Source of the DNA: Spirogloea muscicola
Lineage: Eukaryota
Length of the DNA: 50,297 nt
Direction of reading: 5' to 3'
Assembly: GCA_009602725.1 (NCBI GenBank)
Contig: WELB01000018.1
Location: forward strand, 840,862 to 891,158
Made by a program: the position numbers and the translations under genes. Below are positions 36,001 to 49,127 of this stretch, one piece after another; within the stretch, counting starts at the first letter, position 1; every line of letters begins with the position of its first letter. The notes under the pieces are model-generated. The model worked only from the letters and a program-made list of their open reading frames with translations, made no database searches and was not told where the DNA came from.

Positions 36001-39000
36001 TGTATGCTTATATGAGGCAATAATCCTCATGACTCAGATAAGAAAGGTGGACCCAACATTGGACATGGCTGCTGATGACGCGGACGACTACCTCAGAGCA
36101 GCAGTAAGTAGTCACTGAGACGTTTAGCTTGATGCATCACCTTGCCCACCTGCCAGGCAGCACCTTAGCAAGCGATTGCTTAGGAATAGATAGCAATCAC
36201 ACAACATAGATATACAGACTTCTAAAAGCATGCACCTTTTGGTAATTACATAATTCAGGTCAAAGAAAGAGGGAACCTTCCCATGGCTTTGCCTTTGAAT
36301 ATAGCTAGGTGCTTGTCCTTCAAATCAGTCTGTCCAAGTCAAGTACATTGTAGTTCTTTCCATTACATTGCTGTCAGTGTATGTCATGTATCACAGGTCA
36401 GAGCTTGAAAACATAGCGTGCAATGCACCCTCCTCTAGCATACTAACTTCTTTATGGCTTGGCCCTTAGGGCCATGGTCTACCTGAAGAAGATAGAAGGG
36501 AGAAATCCGGAGGAGCTCGCAGGAGCATCTTCCAGGACCTCAATCGCCACGCTGCTGTTGTGCTTGATGGCCGCCCTCTAGGTTTGTTAAGTCCTGATGG
36601 AGCGTAGAGTCACAAGTGACAGACCACGCCATGTCCAAGAGTAGTGGCCCATTCTGAATCTTATGAAATGGTAAATCTTAACAAGACCAAGTATATGCGT
36701 TCTCAATGACTTCGATATGTGCATCTTGACAAGAGCAAGTATATGCGCAGGTGTGGAGGTCACAGATGCGGAAGCTGCAGCCTTAGCACTGAAGGAGAGC
36801 TTAGGTCAGAGAAGCTTGTACTTTCAATCATCACAGAAGAGGGATATATCAGGAATGAATTGCCAGCTTGATGTCAGCACTCAAAAGCACTGACCATCGG
36901 ATATTCCTGCTTAGTACCATGCACTTCATGGCTGACTGAAAACTTTTGCGTGTATATGGATATCTCGTATCTCGGTTCCATAGATGTCCCTGGCCAAGAA
37001 ATGGTTGCAGCTAATCAAGGACGCCACAATGACATCTTGCTGACAACCTGCTGTAGCACATTTGTCATGTGCAGAGGTTCGACTAAGGGAAAGTGATGCA
37101 CAGGAAGCGGCAGTGGATGACAAGCATCGGAAAGAGAGGGTGGAGGAGATGACAGAGATGGAGGACCTGCAGGGGCCCCAACCCGACTCCACTGTCCCTC
37201 TCCTCATCCAGGTACAGACTGATTGGCTGTCTGCAATTTGACAAGCCTAGTGAAGTCTGCAGGTTCATATGCCTTGAAGCAACTGTAAGACTGACTTCTA
37301 TTGCATCCCTGGCGGATTGTATCGATTCCTCTGAAGCAGTATTGTTTCTCAACTGCAGCAATCCATCAGCTATGTGTTGTGCAGAGTTGCTTCGCTGCCT
37401 TCATTTCAACGTTCTAGATGCCTGATCCAAGGCCCTACTTACATTTGTGCCTGCATGTGAATCCGCAGGATCCACGAAAATATTTTGATGCTCAGGAGGC
37501 TGCTGCTGCCTCACAGGATACTTCAGCATCTGCTGCTCGTCCTGGGTCCATTAGGGGTTCTGCGTCTAGCACAGAAGCTAGTCAGGTGGCTGAGCTTAAT
37601 CTCGAAGAGTATGGTCGTGAACTTGCTCGTCAGATTACGGGCCTGCAGAGTCGGCACTCAGGACGCTTGATCAGCCCTGCTGCAGCCACCAGGGTAAGCA
37701 CTCACTATGCCTTGTGCTCTGTATCTGCAGCACTGCTCAGATAAGCTTGTGCCAAATTTGTCACACCATATTAAAATGATAACGAGTAATTCATAAGTGA
37801 CAATGGGTAATGGAAGACAGGTATTCAATGAACTCAACGGAAAGATTAGAGCTGCCCAACAACGTGAAGGACCGAATGCCGAGGCTGCATTCCTGTCCGG
37901 CCTGCCAGAGAATATCAAGTCTGTTCTCTTTCAGGTATTCTTGGATACAAGATGAATTGCAATGACTAGCTTGGATGCGTTGGTTAGTGGTTTGGGCAGA
38001 TGCCATCTGCTGATTTGTAGCCTTGCTGCCCCCAGTCGGCAGAGACTGTGAAGGAGCTGCTGAAGCACTTCTGGGCTGCCTATCCACTGACGAGCCAGCT
38101 ACTTGCAGACAAGGTGGGATCGCTGAATCAGCACTGTCCATCTGACTTGTTGGCTGTGTCCTACCTTCTACATTGGCCATCTTGTTTATGAGTCCTCTTT
38201 CATTCTTTTGGGATGCTGTAAGAACACAGCATGTAAGCAGGAGATTGATGGCATCACTTTCCAGGTTTCCCTGGCTGGCATGGCCATATTGCGCCCAAAG
38301 TATTGCATAGATGGCAAGTTGGCACCAGGATATTCGGGGCACAGCACCAACCGAGGCAGTCACAGAGAAATCTCGTTGCCTCTGCTTGCGGCTGCAGGTG
38401 GATCGTGTCAAAGGGGCCATGGACAAGATTTACGACGAACTGACAGTAAAATAACTCACTTCTTTGTGTAGCAATGGGTTGGCAAAATGGCCTCGGCTTG
38501 CGAGGTTACAAGTCCTTGTTTCAGAAGACGTGTATACATTGGCTGCAACCTTTTCCTATTGGTCTCCTTTGTGTACCTCCTGTGCAACTTCCTGCATCCT
38601 GCATTGCAATCTAAAATAGCTGCTGCTCTGTGCTCCTTGATGTTTCCCTGTCACCTCTGTGACTTGTGATCATTTTGCCCTGTATTCACCAGGAGCTAAG
38701 CGAAACTACACCCTCAGAGCACCGGCATCAAGTCTCTCACCTCTTTCGGCCTATATTCCAGGTATGGTGCTCTTTGCGTTTATTTTGTCATAGCTTCTGA
38801 AGCACGCCCAGCTGCCTCAGTGTGGATAAGTATTGACTCTGGCAGATGTCTGGTGAAAGTACCAAAGTTGAACTTTTTCATGTCTCTGCTTTGTGAAGCA
38901 TGACTAGCAAAGAAAGTGTCATTAATACACCCAAAGAACTATCTCACTAAAAGGTGAATACGCCAGCATGCCAAGGCTAGAAGGAACACATGCTGTATTC

Positions 39001-39154
39001 ATGCGATGATTGGACTTTGAGTCTGGCGAGGCCTGACACCCTTGCATGCGTGCAGGCTCTAGATGCAGCATTTGAGCACCACAAGGTGGAGGCAGAAAAG
39101 CGGGCTACTAGAAGGCAGGCTTCACATGCCACTACCGATGGCGTCAGAGCATGA
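33001..39154 (+). CDS. TFB1: General transcription/NER factor TFIIH subunit p62 (TFB1/GTF2H1), multi-exon
   Basis: PH-like N-terminus (KAPGIDGVLM..FVWSPNNP..GYIFEFATFADRD) and BSD domains (LHRELVMKGALTEPEFWATRK; NLTPEIIHQ|IFAEKPAVHKAF..VP.KMSQKEFWTKYFKAEY). Also KIRKVDPTLDMAAD, QDLNRHAAVVLDGRP, DPRKYFD, ELLKHFW and ALDAAFEH. Stop TGA at 39152-39154. Confidence 0.93.
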
Positions 39155-39659
39155 CACACCCTGATCAGCACCCATTGAAGGTGGTGCTGTGGTCGCAATA
39201 TGAAGCTGGTTTTGCATTCATGCTCCACAACCTGTGGGACATGCAGTCGCCCTTCACTTGCGTGATGACCTTGGTCACCTGCTGAATCTTGATACTCCAA
39301 GGATATTGTGGAGGGTAGTGCTCGACCTAGCACTGTGATAGTTGCACTGATAGGCAAGGGTGGTATGTAGCTGCCGCCTGCTTTATCACCAGCTACTTTT
39401 GCTGCACCGAGCATCTCAGGGCAATGCTTTGCGCTGCTTTGTAAGTGCAAAAGTGTTCTATCACAATTGTCACCCGAAGATTGAGTGCAGGGATGTCAGG
39501 CCTGGCCTCACTCCCGTGTACGATGTCCTGCATCCAAGCCTTTGACCCCTTTAGAGAGCATATAGCCCTGTTACCAGAATCTTTGGAAGGCTCGGATTGG
39601 CCTCCCTTTCACTTCGTGCGCACCGCTCGCCTTCTTTCATCTTCGTGCTGTGCGATGAG

Positions 39660-40040
39660 AGATAGACGCTTCCAGGAGAGGGCGGTAGCTGGGAGAGGCC
39701 AGCCCAGAGAAAAGAATGAACAAAGTTCGAAGGAGCCAGGGGAATAGCTAAAACACACAGGGAATCAAGTAGATACGTTACACTCGGTAACCTCTGCTAA
39801 GCAGCCGCAGGTCGGAGAAACTGGGCTCCTGGTTGCGGGTCGCCTGGCTAGGGCCAGAGGCCGCAGCTAAGGCACGACCGCCGCGGAGATGCAGCGCGCG
39901 AGCCATGGACCTTTGCAGCGAGACGACCAAGCGCATGCGATCAAGAAGAAAGTGCTCGCCCATAGAGAAGAGGGGCTGGCAAAGCCAGCCCAAAAAGAAT
40001 GGACAATGTCCAAAGCCAGAGAAAGAGGCGCCGACAAAGG
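39660..40040 (-). mobile_element. Two head-to-tail truncated REL retroelement 3' ends just upstream of the F-box gene
   Basis: On the - strand a 3'-UTR hairpin motif with TTC tail is directly followed by RMRLVVSLQRSMARALHLRGGRALAAASG...PSFSDLRLLSRGY and a second 3'-UTR motif. Confidence 0.8.
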
Positions 40041-40283
40041 GACTACACTACGATCCACCTGCGCGAGCGAGCCTGCTGCATGCAAATCCACCGGCTCCCC
40101 TGGCAGCGGCGGGAGATCGGACGGTGATGAGGCGTCGGACGGAGACGACGTGATCGGCCCCGCCAGGCCTCTGCGGCGCCTTGGCCTGCTCCCAGTGCGC
40201 GCGCCGCCGCTGAGCCAGGTCCGGGCCATGCCGTGACGGCCGAGAGGCCCGCTCGGACGGGAAGGCCAGTCTGGAAGACGGAC

Positions 40284-43162
40284 ATGGAGGCGGCTCCTGA
40301 ACGTAAAGCCGTCGGGCCGGCCGCGATGGCGCTCTCGGAGTTTGACGCCGATGCCTTCGTGCACTGCTGCCGGGGCTTGTCGGCACGGGACGTGGTCAGC
40401 CTCGCGGGCAGCTGCCGGCGCCTGCGCGGCCTCGCCTGCTCCGAGGCGGTCTGGCTGGACCTCTGCAGGTCCCTGGCCCTCTCGGCCGCTTCTCTGCGTC
40501 CGGAGTGCCCGCAAGAGCCACTAGCTCCTGATGCGTAGACGATGAGGCGACGCTGTGCGTGCTGCTAGGCTGCTCCTCGAAGTGCAGACGACGCTCTGAC
40601 GAGGCACTTCCAGGAGGCGATGGCCTGCTGCCACGGAACCGGACTTTCGCGACGCTCGTGCTGCCTTCAAAAGCTGGGCTGTCGCTTGCCAGCAATCACG
40701 ATTCCATGATCCAGACTGCGTTAAGTGGGAACTCAACGACGAGAGGCCACCCAAGCACGCACTCATCCGCGCGGACGGGTCGGTGGCTTTAGCAGAGGTT
40801 CGTGGCTCCTCTTGTATCTGACCTGGATGCATGAAAGCAGCTGTAGGGGAGGCTTGTTATGAAAGACATATACTAATACCTGCCCAGCTGACAGCAGCAG
40901 ACTCCTCATAAGGCAGGTGCATGTTGGTTGATGAAGCTGGTGCATCAGCGAGTGAACATGCATTAGCACTGGGAATAGAGCTAGGACTTGTATCTCTAAT
41001 GACTACGAGATCCGTTACTTCTGGACAATTCTGTAATACATCCAATGAGATGGCACTTCCTGTCACAGAAACCGCTGAAACATGCCAGTGACACAGTCGA
41101 GCTGGTCATTGCAGCGCAAACTGATCAGCACCTGGTGGCCAGACTTCGACGTTGGCACAGCTTGGGTGGAGCACTGCTTTGACGACCATACAGCAAGGGT
41201 GTCTTGATTGCGGTGATGATCAGATGTCTGACAAGTGCTGCATTGATTCCTCTCTGGACAATCTCCTCATTGTTCTGACGAGCTTCTTTGTGACTTGTTT
41301 GTGATTATGGAGAGGGACTGTAGTAGCAAGTTGGTACAAAGCCCTCCCGCATATCTGGTTGGTTGCAGGTCAGTGCCTGCTACCTCTGTGGCTTCTGCCA
41401 GAGCTGGGACCAACGATCTCCTGCTGAGTGCCAGCTATGATCACACCATCCGAGTCTGGAGTACATCAGATGAGGTATATTTCTTGGACTACAAGTCCCT
41501 GCACTTTGTCTTGGGCTCCACTGCTGATTCCTGCTTGCTTCGATTTACAGACCCGTAAAAATTCACCTAGCATTTTGCTAGCTACTTCTCGTTGAACAGT
41601 TCCACTCTATTGTCAGGGAGGAACATCTCAGGGATCTCATGCAGGGTGCAGTGTTGATGCTTTCAGGTTGGTAGCTTGCATGCTTTGCAAGGGCACACGG
41701 GTGGTGTGACTACATTGGCAGACGGGATCCTGGGCTCAGGGGCAGGCCCTCCTGTCATCGCCAGTGGCAGCGAGAACTGCACGGTGAGGCTCTGGAACAT
41801 GAACGGGGGCAGCAAGGGGCGGAGCCAGCTCCTTGGAACGCTTAAAGGCCATCGTACTTGCGTTCGTCATCTTGCCGTGGCGAGTGAGCCCCTGAGTCGT
41901 ACTCTGGCAGCTGGCAGCAAAGCGGATCTGCACGACTCATCCTGAGTTTTGCTTTGGCAGCAAATCACACATTCACTCCTGCCCGCTGCTTCTCTGGAGA
42001 TCCAGAGCTCTATACTTGCCCTCGTTTACTGTCAGCAAAGTGGCAGTAATGGGTAGAGGTCGTATAGTATCCTCCTATTCTTTGATCCTCAGCGTGACAT
42101 GGATGCTCTTGTCAGATATAACCGGTCATTCTTGGTGAGCGCTGCCTTTGAGGATGAGGTGAGCCTTCATCTCCAAATAGCCCTAGTACTTATTCTCGAT
42201 CATTTCCTGCTCCAGTCTTTGGCTCAGATCTTAGGTTTGACGAATCAGTCATCGTAATCAGGTCCTTGTAGCTCGAAGCACGCCTGATGTCGACTTGATG
42301 CTTGAGAAGGTGAGGGTATGGGATGCCTCCTGTTGCGTACCCCTTGGCGCATCGCATTGTCTGGGTTCTGCCCACGTAGGATCACTCACCGTCGCCCCAC
42401 ACTGCGAAGGTTCAACGTGCCACATTGCAACTAGTGCTGCTGTGGTCCTGGTGGACCTGCGCAGTCTAAGCCAGTGCTCTATTGTCCCTATTTACAAGCC
42501 ATGTGTTTCCATTGGGAGCCTGGCAGTATGTGGCACCACCATGGCGACTGGGACGGATGATAAGTAAGTGCGTGCCTATTTGACTGCATCAGTCTTCATT
42601 GGCAGATAGCTTGTGGACTTGGGCGTTATACCACTTCAGAGATGGCAATGTTGGACATGAGGTTCTCTGAAGCTGGTTTATCATTTTGCAATTGGCAGCA
42701 AGCTGGCCTGATACGCACCTTTTTCTCGTCAAGTCGCACCTGCAATGACAAGATTCTTCATTTGAATTTACTCGAGCACGGGCTGTCTGTTCCATGCCAG
42801 GGCTGCTCAACTTTGGGACCTCAGGGCACTAGGCAGCCAGAGCACACCGCTTGCTATCATGACTGGCCATTGGGGTCGTGTGTCCATGCTACACCTGGAT
42901 AAGTACAAGCTCGTGAGTGGTGGGACATCGGAGCAGGCGGCGCGTGTTTTGGGACAGCAACACTGGAAACGAGATTACGCAGCTGTCCTGTGCCCACAGT
43001 TCTGAAGAAGAAGATGCCTGCGCCAGCCTGGCGGCTCTTGCTGTGCAAGGACCAAAAGTTGTCCTCACAACAAGCTATCCAACAGGTGTTATATTTAGGG
43101 ACTACAGCAAATGCTGCACGCCACTGGGCCAGGTCTCTACTGATGAAGGCTGCCATCTCTAG
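40284..43162 (+). pseudogene. F-box/WD40-repeat protein gene carrying disabling lesions (probable pseudogene, or assembly errors)
   Basis: F-box LSEFDADAFVHCCRGLSARDVVSLAGSCRRLRGLACSEAVWLDLCR|RRWP. WD repeats LLSASYDHTIRVW, GHTGGVTTL..IASGSENCTVRLW, GHRTCV, VRVWD, AQLWDLR and GHWGRVSMLHLDKYKLVSGG. In-frame TGA at 41205-41207 and a +1 frameshift at 42947-42950. Confidence 0.7.
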
Positions 43163-44229
43163 TAAAGATTTGGGAGACAACCCCTTATTGACCATAATGT
43201 GTGGCCTCTTCGCAATGCAGCCACTTCCAACTTAAAAGGCAGAGCAAGTTGAGAAGCTTCTTGACAGCTCCTCTTTCTTTACTTGCCAATGAAGCATACA
43301 TTGGAGTTTATGCTTGCAGGCCACCAGCCACTTTGTAACAGCCAATTTCGTAACAGGTTCCTGTACACACATGCAGCGGCCCCAGCTAAGCAACCAGCTA
43401 GTCATTACTTCTCTGAATAGCTGCTAAGGCTTGGAAGTTGCAAGTGGCGCCTTCAGCAGCAAGCCGAGATGCGAGGTCGTTGCTGCTTATTACTCATCTT
43501 CATATGATGCTGTGTGCGGTGTGAAAATGTGAAGGCAGCAGTCAGCTGTAGGCCTTCGCTTCGCTGAAGTCACTCTCAAGGAAATTAACGATCACCCAGG
43601 AGCAAGCTGACAAGTATTATGCAATGGGTGACAATACTCGGTCTTTGGCTTGTAGCCAAAGCGCATCTGTCCTAGTAACATCTGAGCCACTTGGCGACGC
43701 TCTTCTTCTAGCGAGCCCTTAACAATGGAGAGTCCTGAGCCAGGAGTTGCTGAGCAATTCTTGTTTCTCTGGTTGGCTTTCACGACTTGATTGTCAAGTC
43801 TGCGGCCAAATGCACTTGCAGGTCTATCTTGTGAAGTCTGCAATGCAGTGCAGCTTCATTCCCATAAGCAGCTACATTCAGTACTCAAGCACACTTGCAC
43901 AGCCAAGCACAGACTAGTCAGCAGCAACACCGGGTGGCTGAGATCGATCAAGGGGCCGTAGGACGCAAGCCGCCTGGCATAAATTGGAGAATGCAGCAGG
44001 AAGAGGGCGGTGGCTGTGGGCAATCAAGTGACGACTTCACATTGGAGCTTGGCTTGACGGTGCGAGCCGAAGGTCTGCCAGCTTTGTCAAGAATCAGAGC
44101 CTTCATCGGCTTCAGGCGCTACGCGGAGACTAGTCCACTGACCTGCGGCTGCTCAACAGAGAAATTTGAGCACCCAGTGGCCAACTGAGTCGCTCTCTGA
44201 TTGAGTCGCTGTGTGCTTTGGCGATTTTC

Positions 44230-44930
44230 TGGCTCCTATTGAACTTTGTTCCTTCCCTTTTTTCTGGGCTTGGCCAAGCACAGCCATCGCCCTCTACTGG
44301 TAGAACCTGGTAGAGTTACTCCGACTTGATCCATCCTCCCCCTGTTTTACCATAGCATCCTCGGGCCCCTTTGAAGCTGCTCACCGCTCTTAGGCCCCTC
44401 TGAACCTCCTGCTTAGCAGGGGTTACTGAGTGGTTAGTAGCTGCTTTGTTTTTTCTTGTGTGCTTGTCATTTCTGCTGCTTCGCCTTAGGGCTTCGCCTG
44501 GCTTCCCCCCCCCTCTTCTTGTACTCTGTTCATTCTTTTTTGGGCTGGCTGTTCCAGCCCATATTCTCAATGGGCGAGCCCTTCTTCTGAACCTTTGTGA
44601 ATTCTTTGTGGGCTGGCTTTTCGCAGCCCTTGCCCCCATTGGGAGTGCCACTTCTTCTTATTCTGACCTGCTGTTGGCTCACGCGTGGGACTTGCTGCTG
44701 CTAATCTGGGATAACTGAGCTCCCCTCCACTGTAGTCTCGTGCATAGCTGTGTGATTTAAGCAGTCGCAGGTCAGAGAGGCTATGCTCCTCTTTGATATA
44801 GGCGCCTTTCGGCTCTTTTTTTGGGCTGGCCTTCACAGCCACCACCATCAATTGGGCGAGCTTTCATTCTTTTTTGGGCTGGCTTTTCCAGCCCCTATCC
44901 TCAATGGGCAAGCCCTTCTCTCTTTCCCTT
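44230..44930. mobile_element. Array of short truncated REL retroelement 3' ends ending ~110 bp upstream of the GLYK ATG
   Basis: LLSRGY* (~44410-44429), SYSDL remnants (~44314, ~44655) and a - strand SLSDLRLL (~44760-44783). Hairpin motifs at 44542-44560 and 44876-44894, with variants at ~44610 and ~44823. Confidence 0.8.
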
Positions 44931-45039
44931 CGCCACCTCCAGGCGCTGTGGCACTTGGTCGCAGCCAGATGCGGCTTGGCGACAGGCGCACGCCTCCCTG
45001 ACGTGCTGCCCGGGCCTGCATTGCAGCGTGGCGGCCGTA

Positions 45040-48000
45040 ATGCAGGCCCTGCAGCTGCGGTTGCCAGCGGCGGCGCTCCCGGCGGCCAAGTCGCGGCGCA
45101 ATGAGCAACCTCCTGCCCACCGCTGTTTGCCGCCGCCGCCGGCGCAGCTGGGCGGCGGCCGCCTCGTAGCTCGGCCCGGCGTCCTCTGCAGCGCCAGGCG
45201 GCAGCGGGTCCGTCGTCCGAAGTGGGTCCGAGATGCCGGGACGTCCGTGGGTACCACGACGCCGGACCTGACGGCATACATGACGCAGGGGCCGCTCTGG
45301 CCGAAGCTGGGCTTGCAGCCGGACGACATGGAGAGGTTCGTTTGTAAATGATGGCGGCGTACCCACAGCTGCGGCTTTGCAGGACCAAGTGTCGTCGTTA
45401 GATCCGCTTCGTCATATCGATGTCCTCGCTGGCCTGGGCAGCTCTGTGGGCATTTGCCATGGACGTCACAGGCAGCTCCTGTCCCTGCCACTTTCAAGTA
45501 GTACATGATGGCCTCCTAAGGAGGTACAAGAGGAGGTTGACGGTGGCGGAGGGCATGGCAGAGGCTGACACTCCACGAGCGGAATGGTCACTGACGGCCT
45601 GCACATCGAACAGCCCCGGCTGCAGCAGTTCTTGCAACTTCGCATCTGTTGTTGACGCTCTACTTGGGTCTGGTGCTAGCTCCGGGCTCCAAAGTTGCAG
45701 GGCAGGGGCCAAGCTCGGCATGCGCTTGGGAAATCAGACCCAACTCCGAAACCCTAAGCTTACTCTAAGCTAAGCTAAGCTAAGTTTACTCATTGACAGT
45801 CCTTGACCTGAGTAGTACGTGAAACCTAGATGCAGGTGTTGACCCTGATTTCGTGCTTGTGGGGATGCACCGTCCACTGTGTCAGTGAGATGGAGAAGTG
45901 GGAGCAGCTCGGGCAGCAGCTCGCGGAGCAGCTTGGCTTCGACAAGGGTGGCGCTCTGGACGAGAGCCAGCGGTGTCGGCTGTACCGCTACTACGTGCCC
46001 GCGTTTCTGTGGTGCCTCAACCAGCTGGAGCAGTACCAGCAGCAGTATGGCGGCGCGGCTGCTGATCGCAAGCCTCTTGTAGTGAGCTCCATTCTCCGAG
46101 TTTCGCTGCATCTAAACTTTGTGCTCGTACCCTGTGTCGTGCACACCTCTTGGCCGCAGCTCCACATGTCGACCATGCCTTTCTCGAGCGCTTCTCGTCT
46201 CGGCTTCGCAGTTTCACCAATCAAAACAAGGACGGCTGGAGAAAATGCAAATATGTAGACAGTACTCTATCTACCTCAGCCAGAACAATGATACCACGGC
46301 AGCTGCCTCCTGCTGATGCCGCTGATGCCGCCCTGTGCAGGTCGGCATCAGCGCCCCGCAGGGCTGTGGCAAGTCAACATTGGTAGAGTCACTCGAGTAC
46401 CTCTTCAACAAGTCCAACAGGTTGATTACGCCCCAGTGTGGTCAGACCATGACTTGCACAAGAGAAGCAATTAGTGGTGGCTAATTGCTGATACTAGCCA
46501 GCTATGCTTTATTTGTTCACTTGGGTATCCTACCCTCCTTTACAAGCTTTCAGGGAGGGCTGTGTGAGTAGGACTGAGTAGATTCTGCTCAGGAGATTGT
46601 AAAAATGTATCATAAGCTGTTTTTTCTTCACTTGGTCATTGCAATAGTTTTGGGCTTCACCCTGCTGATCTGAAGCTGCACTCACAGGAAGGCTGCTAGC
46701 ATTTCAATCGACGACTTCTACCTTACGGCTGCTGACCAAGTCAGTACATGAAAGGACTGCTTAGGCGCTCACCTTCATTCTCAATCTTGAGCAACCTTCA
46801 ACTCTCTTTTGGCACATTGCTTGTGTTACATCACATTTCCATTACACGTATTTGTGCAGGAAGCTCTCAGGGACGCGAATCCAGGAAACCGATTACTTGA
46901 GGTATACAACCAGCTCCTTCATATCTGATACTGACAATCACTGCGAGCTTGCCTTAAGTGTCAATGCTAGCCAATATTGTAACTCAATTTCCTCCTCAAT
47001 TGCATGGCGATGCTTGAGTTGTGGAGTCGTGAGCCAGCTGACATCGAGCAGCTCCCTTCTGCGTGTCATTAGCTGAGGGGGAACGCTGGCAGTCACGATC
47101 TGGCACTGGGCAAGGCCACTTTGGAGGCCCTAAAGGGGATCTCAAAGCCAGGTAGACACACTTAAGCCGATCCTAATTAAGTATCTACAGCTGAGTCCTA
47201 CAATTGATCATGACCTCACTCCTACAGCAAGTGTTGGGCCGATGTCAGGTGAAAACACCTGGCAACCAGACTGCCTACAGAGGAAGTGCAGTTGTCACGT
47301 AGACATGATGGAGAAGCCAAGGTCAATGCACGGTCTGTCATATCCTCACAGATCAGAAGCTGATGCGCTTGCTCTCGGCCATACGTTGTGCAGGGTCCAA
47401 GTTCCGTGTACCAAGGTACAACAAGGTGAGCTGCCACCAAACAACGCACTATATACCCAAATACATGAACCTGGGGACCCATGTATGTCTCATGCACCCT
47501 GCAGTCTAGCTATAAGCTCAATCACAGAAAGATTAAAGCCAGAGATCTTCTTGTGGCCAGATTTGCCACAAATCTATGCGGGAGTTAATTGGATTGCACC
47601 TACTAAGAGGCTAAATGTTCTGGGCTGCAGTCAGCACGTGCTGGGAAGGGCGACCGTGCGGACGAGTCTACCTGGCCCGAAGTTGAGGGCCCCTTGGAGG
47701 TTCGCCCCATGCCTGATGCTTGCGGGCCTTGTAAGTCTGACCAGCAAGTGCTGCATAGTAACCCACTGAATCTGTCAAAGCACAGTGTCACTACTCTAAA
47801 ATGGGGCTCAAAGTTGGCATATTGTGATGGTTGTTCTCATAACGTATGACACACCGGCCTGTCTGAAGCATATAGACAATAACACATCATAGCCTGACAT
47901 CTGTCTCTTGACGCGTCCGTTACTTAGATTGTGCTATTTGAGGGCTGGATGCTCGGCTTTGAGCCACTCCCATCGGAGAAAGTTGCAGATGTTGATCCAC

Positions 48001-48964
48001 AGGCAGGCACTCTGTTTGGGTTCAAGCTCCCTTGTCATGCAGACTCCTCACTGCTGCCATACCAAGTAGCCAATATAAGGCTTCGCTTAAGGCAAGCTGG
48101 ATCTTTCATATGCTGAAAATTGTTATGAGTTCCTGTGCAAGACTCGCTCTGATAGGTGAAACACGGTGACAATGGGCTGACTACCCCGGCCTGCTTGTGC
48201 TGTGAGCGCGCAGCTAGTGGTGGTGAATGACAAGCTGAAGGACTACGCAGCATGGCACAATGAGGTAGATGCCTGGATCATCATCGAAGTGGACGACCCG
48301 AATTGGGTCTTCGACTGGCGCCTTCAGGTGGCCACCATACGCTACTCCGTGGCATCAGTTTGAGTGTAAAGTGTATCCTGCTTATGGCCTAGGTACACAA
48401 CAGAGGTCAAGAAAGAGGCTCCATTTAAGCTTCGGAGTTACCCTGGATTGAGCCAGCAGTTGCTAAGTCTTCTTGCATTCCATCTAGACAGACTCTTCTT
48501 AGACTGCACGCTAACATATAGCGTGGGGCTGCTCTCTGTGGAATTGGCTTCTGCAGGCCGAGGTGGCAATGCGGAACAAGGGGAAGCCGGGCATGACTGA
48601 CGAGCAGGTCTGCCAGCAGCACCCTGTATTTGAACCCCTGATGTAGGAGCGTTACAACTCAGAAGCTCAGCAAGCTAAAGCTCACATCCCAGCATATACA
48701 AGTGATTGACATGCAATGCCTGACTGGAAATCATGAGCTTTCATGTGAGCTAGCCGGGGGCATATCAGCAATTATGGAGTTTCTGGGTAATGCAGCTTTT
48801 CAAAACAAAGTATGGCTTGGGCGCAGGTTGCGGACTTCGTGTCCACGTACATGCCGGCGTACAAGGCGTACCTGCCGCAGCTCTACAGCCGAGGTCCGCA
48901 AAATGCCGACTCGAACAAAACGCTCAAGCTGGTGATTGACAAGGGCAGGAACCCAATTGGGTAG
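45040..48964 (+). CDS. GLYK: D-glycerate 3-kinase (plant photorespiratory type) with predicted plastid transit peptide
   Basis: A/R/P-rich N-terminus, then RLYRYYVPAFLWC, P-loop VGISAPQGCGKST, SISIDDFYLT, LRGNAGSHDL, VPRYNKSA..GKGDRAD, VLFEGWMLGF, VFDWRLQAE and VADFVSTYMPAYKAYLPQLY. Stop TAG at 48962-48964. Confidence 0.96.
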
Positions 48965-49127
48965 GAGGCTCCGGGGGCCAAGCGTAGTCACTACTGTTGA
49001 GCTCTTTGCAAATTCCGTGACAGTTGAAGCTGCTTGGACCTGAATCACTTAAGTGCGCTTAATGGGCGATGGCTACCTGTGGTATCGAGTGTCGGTGGAG
49101 CTGCAGTGGCAGATGCTGCTGTCCCAG

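Noticed and set aside
43300..44200. Short ORFs between the F-box locus and the GLYK upstream array
   Set aside because: No recognisable homology or splice-consistent structure; treated as intergenic/UTR.
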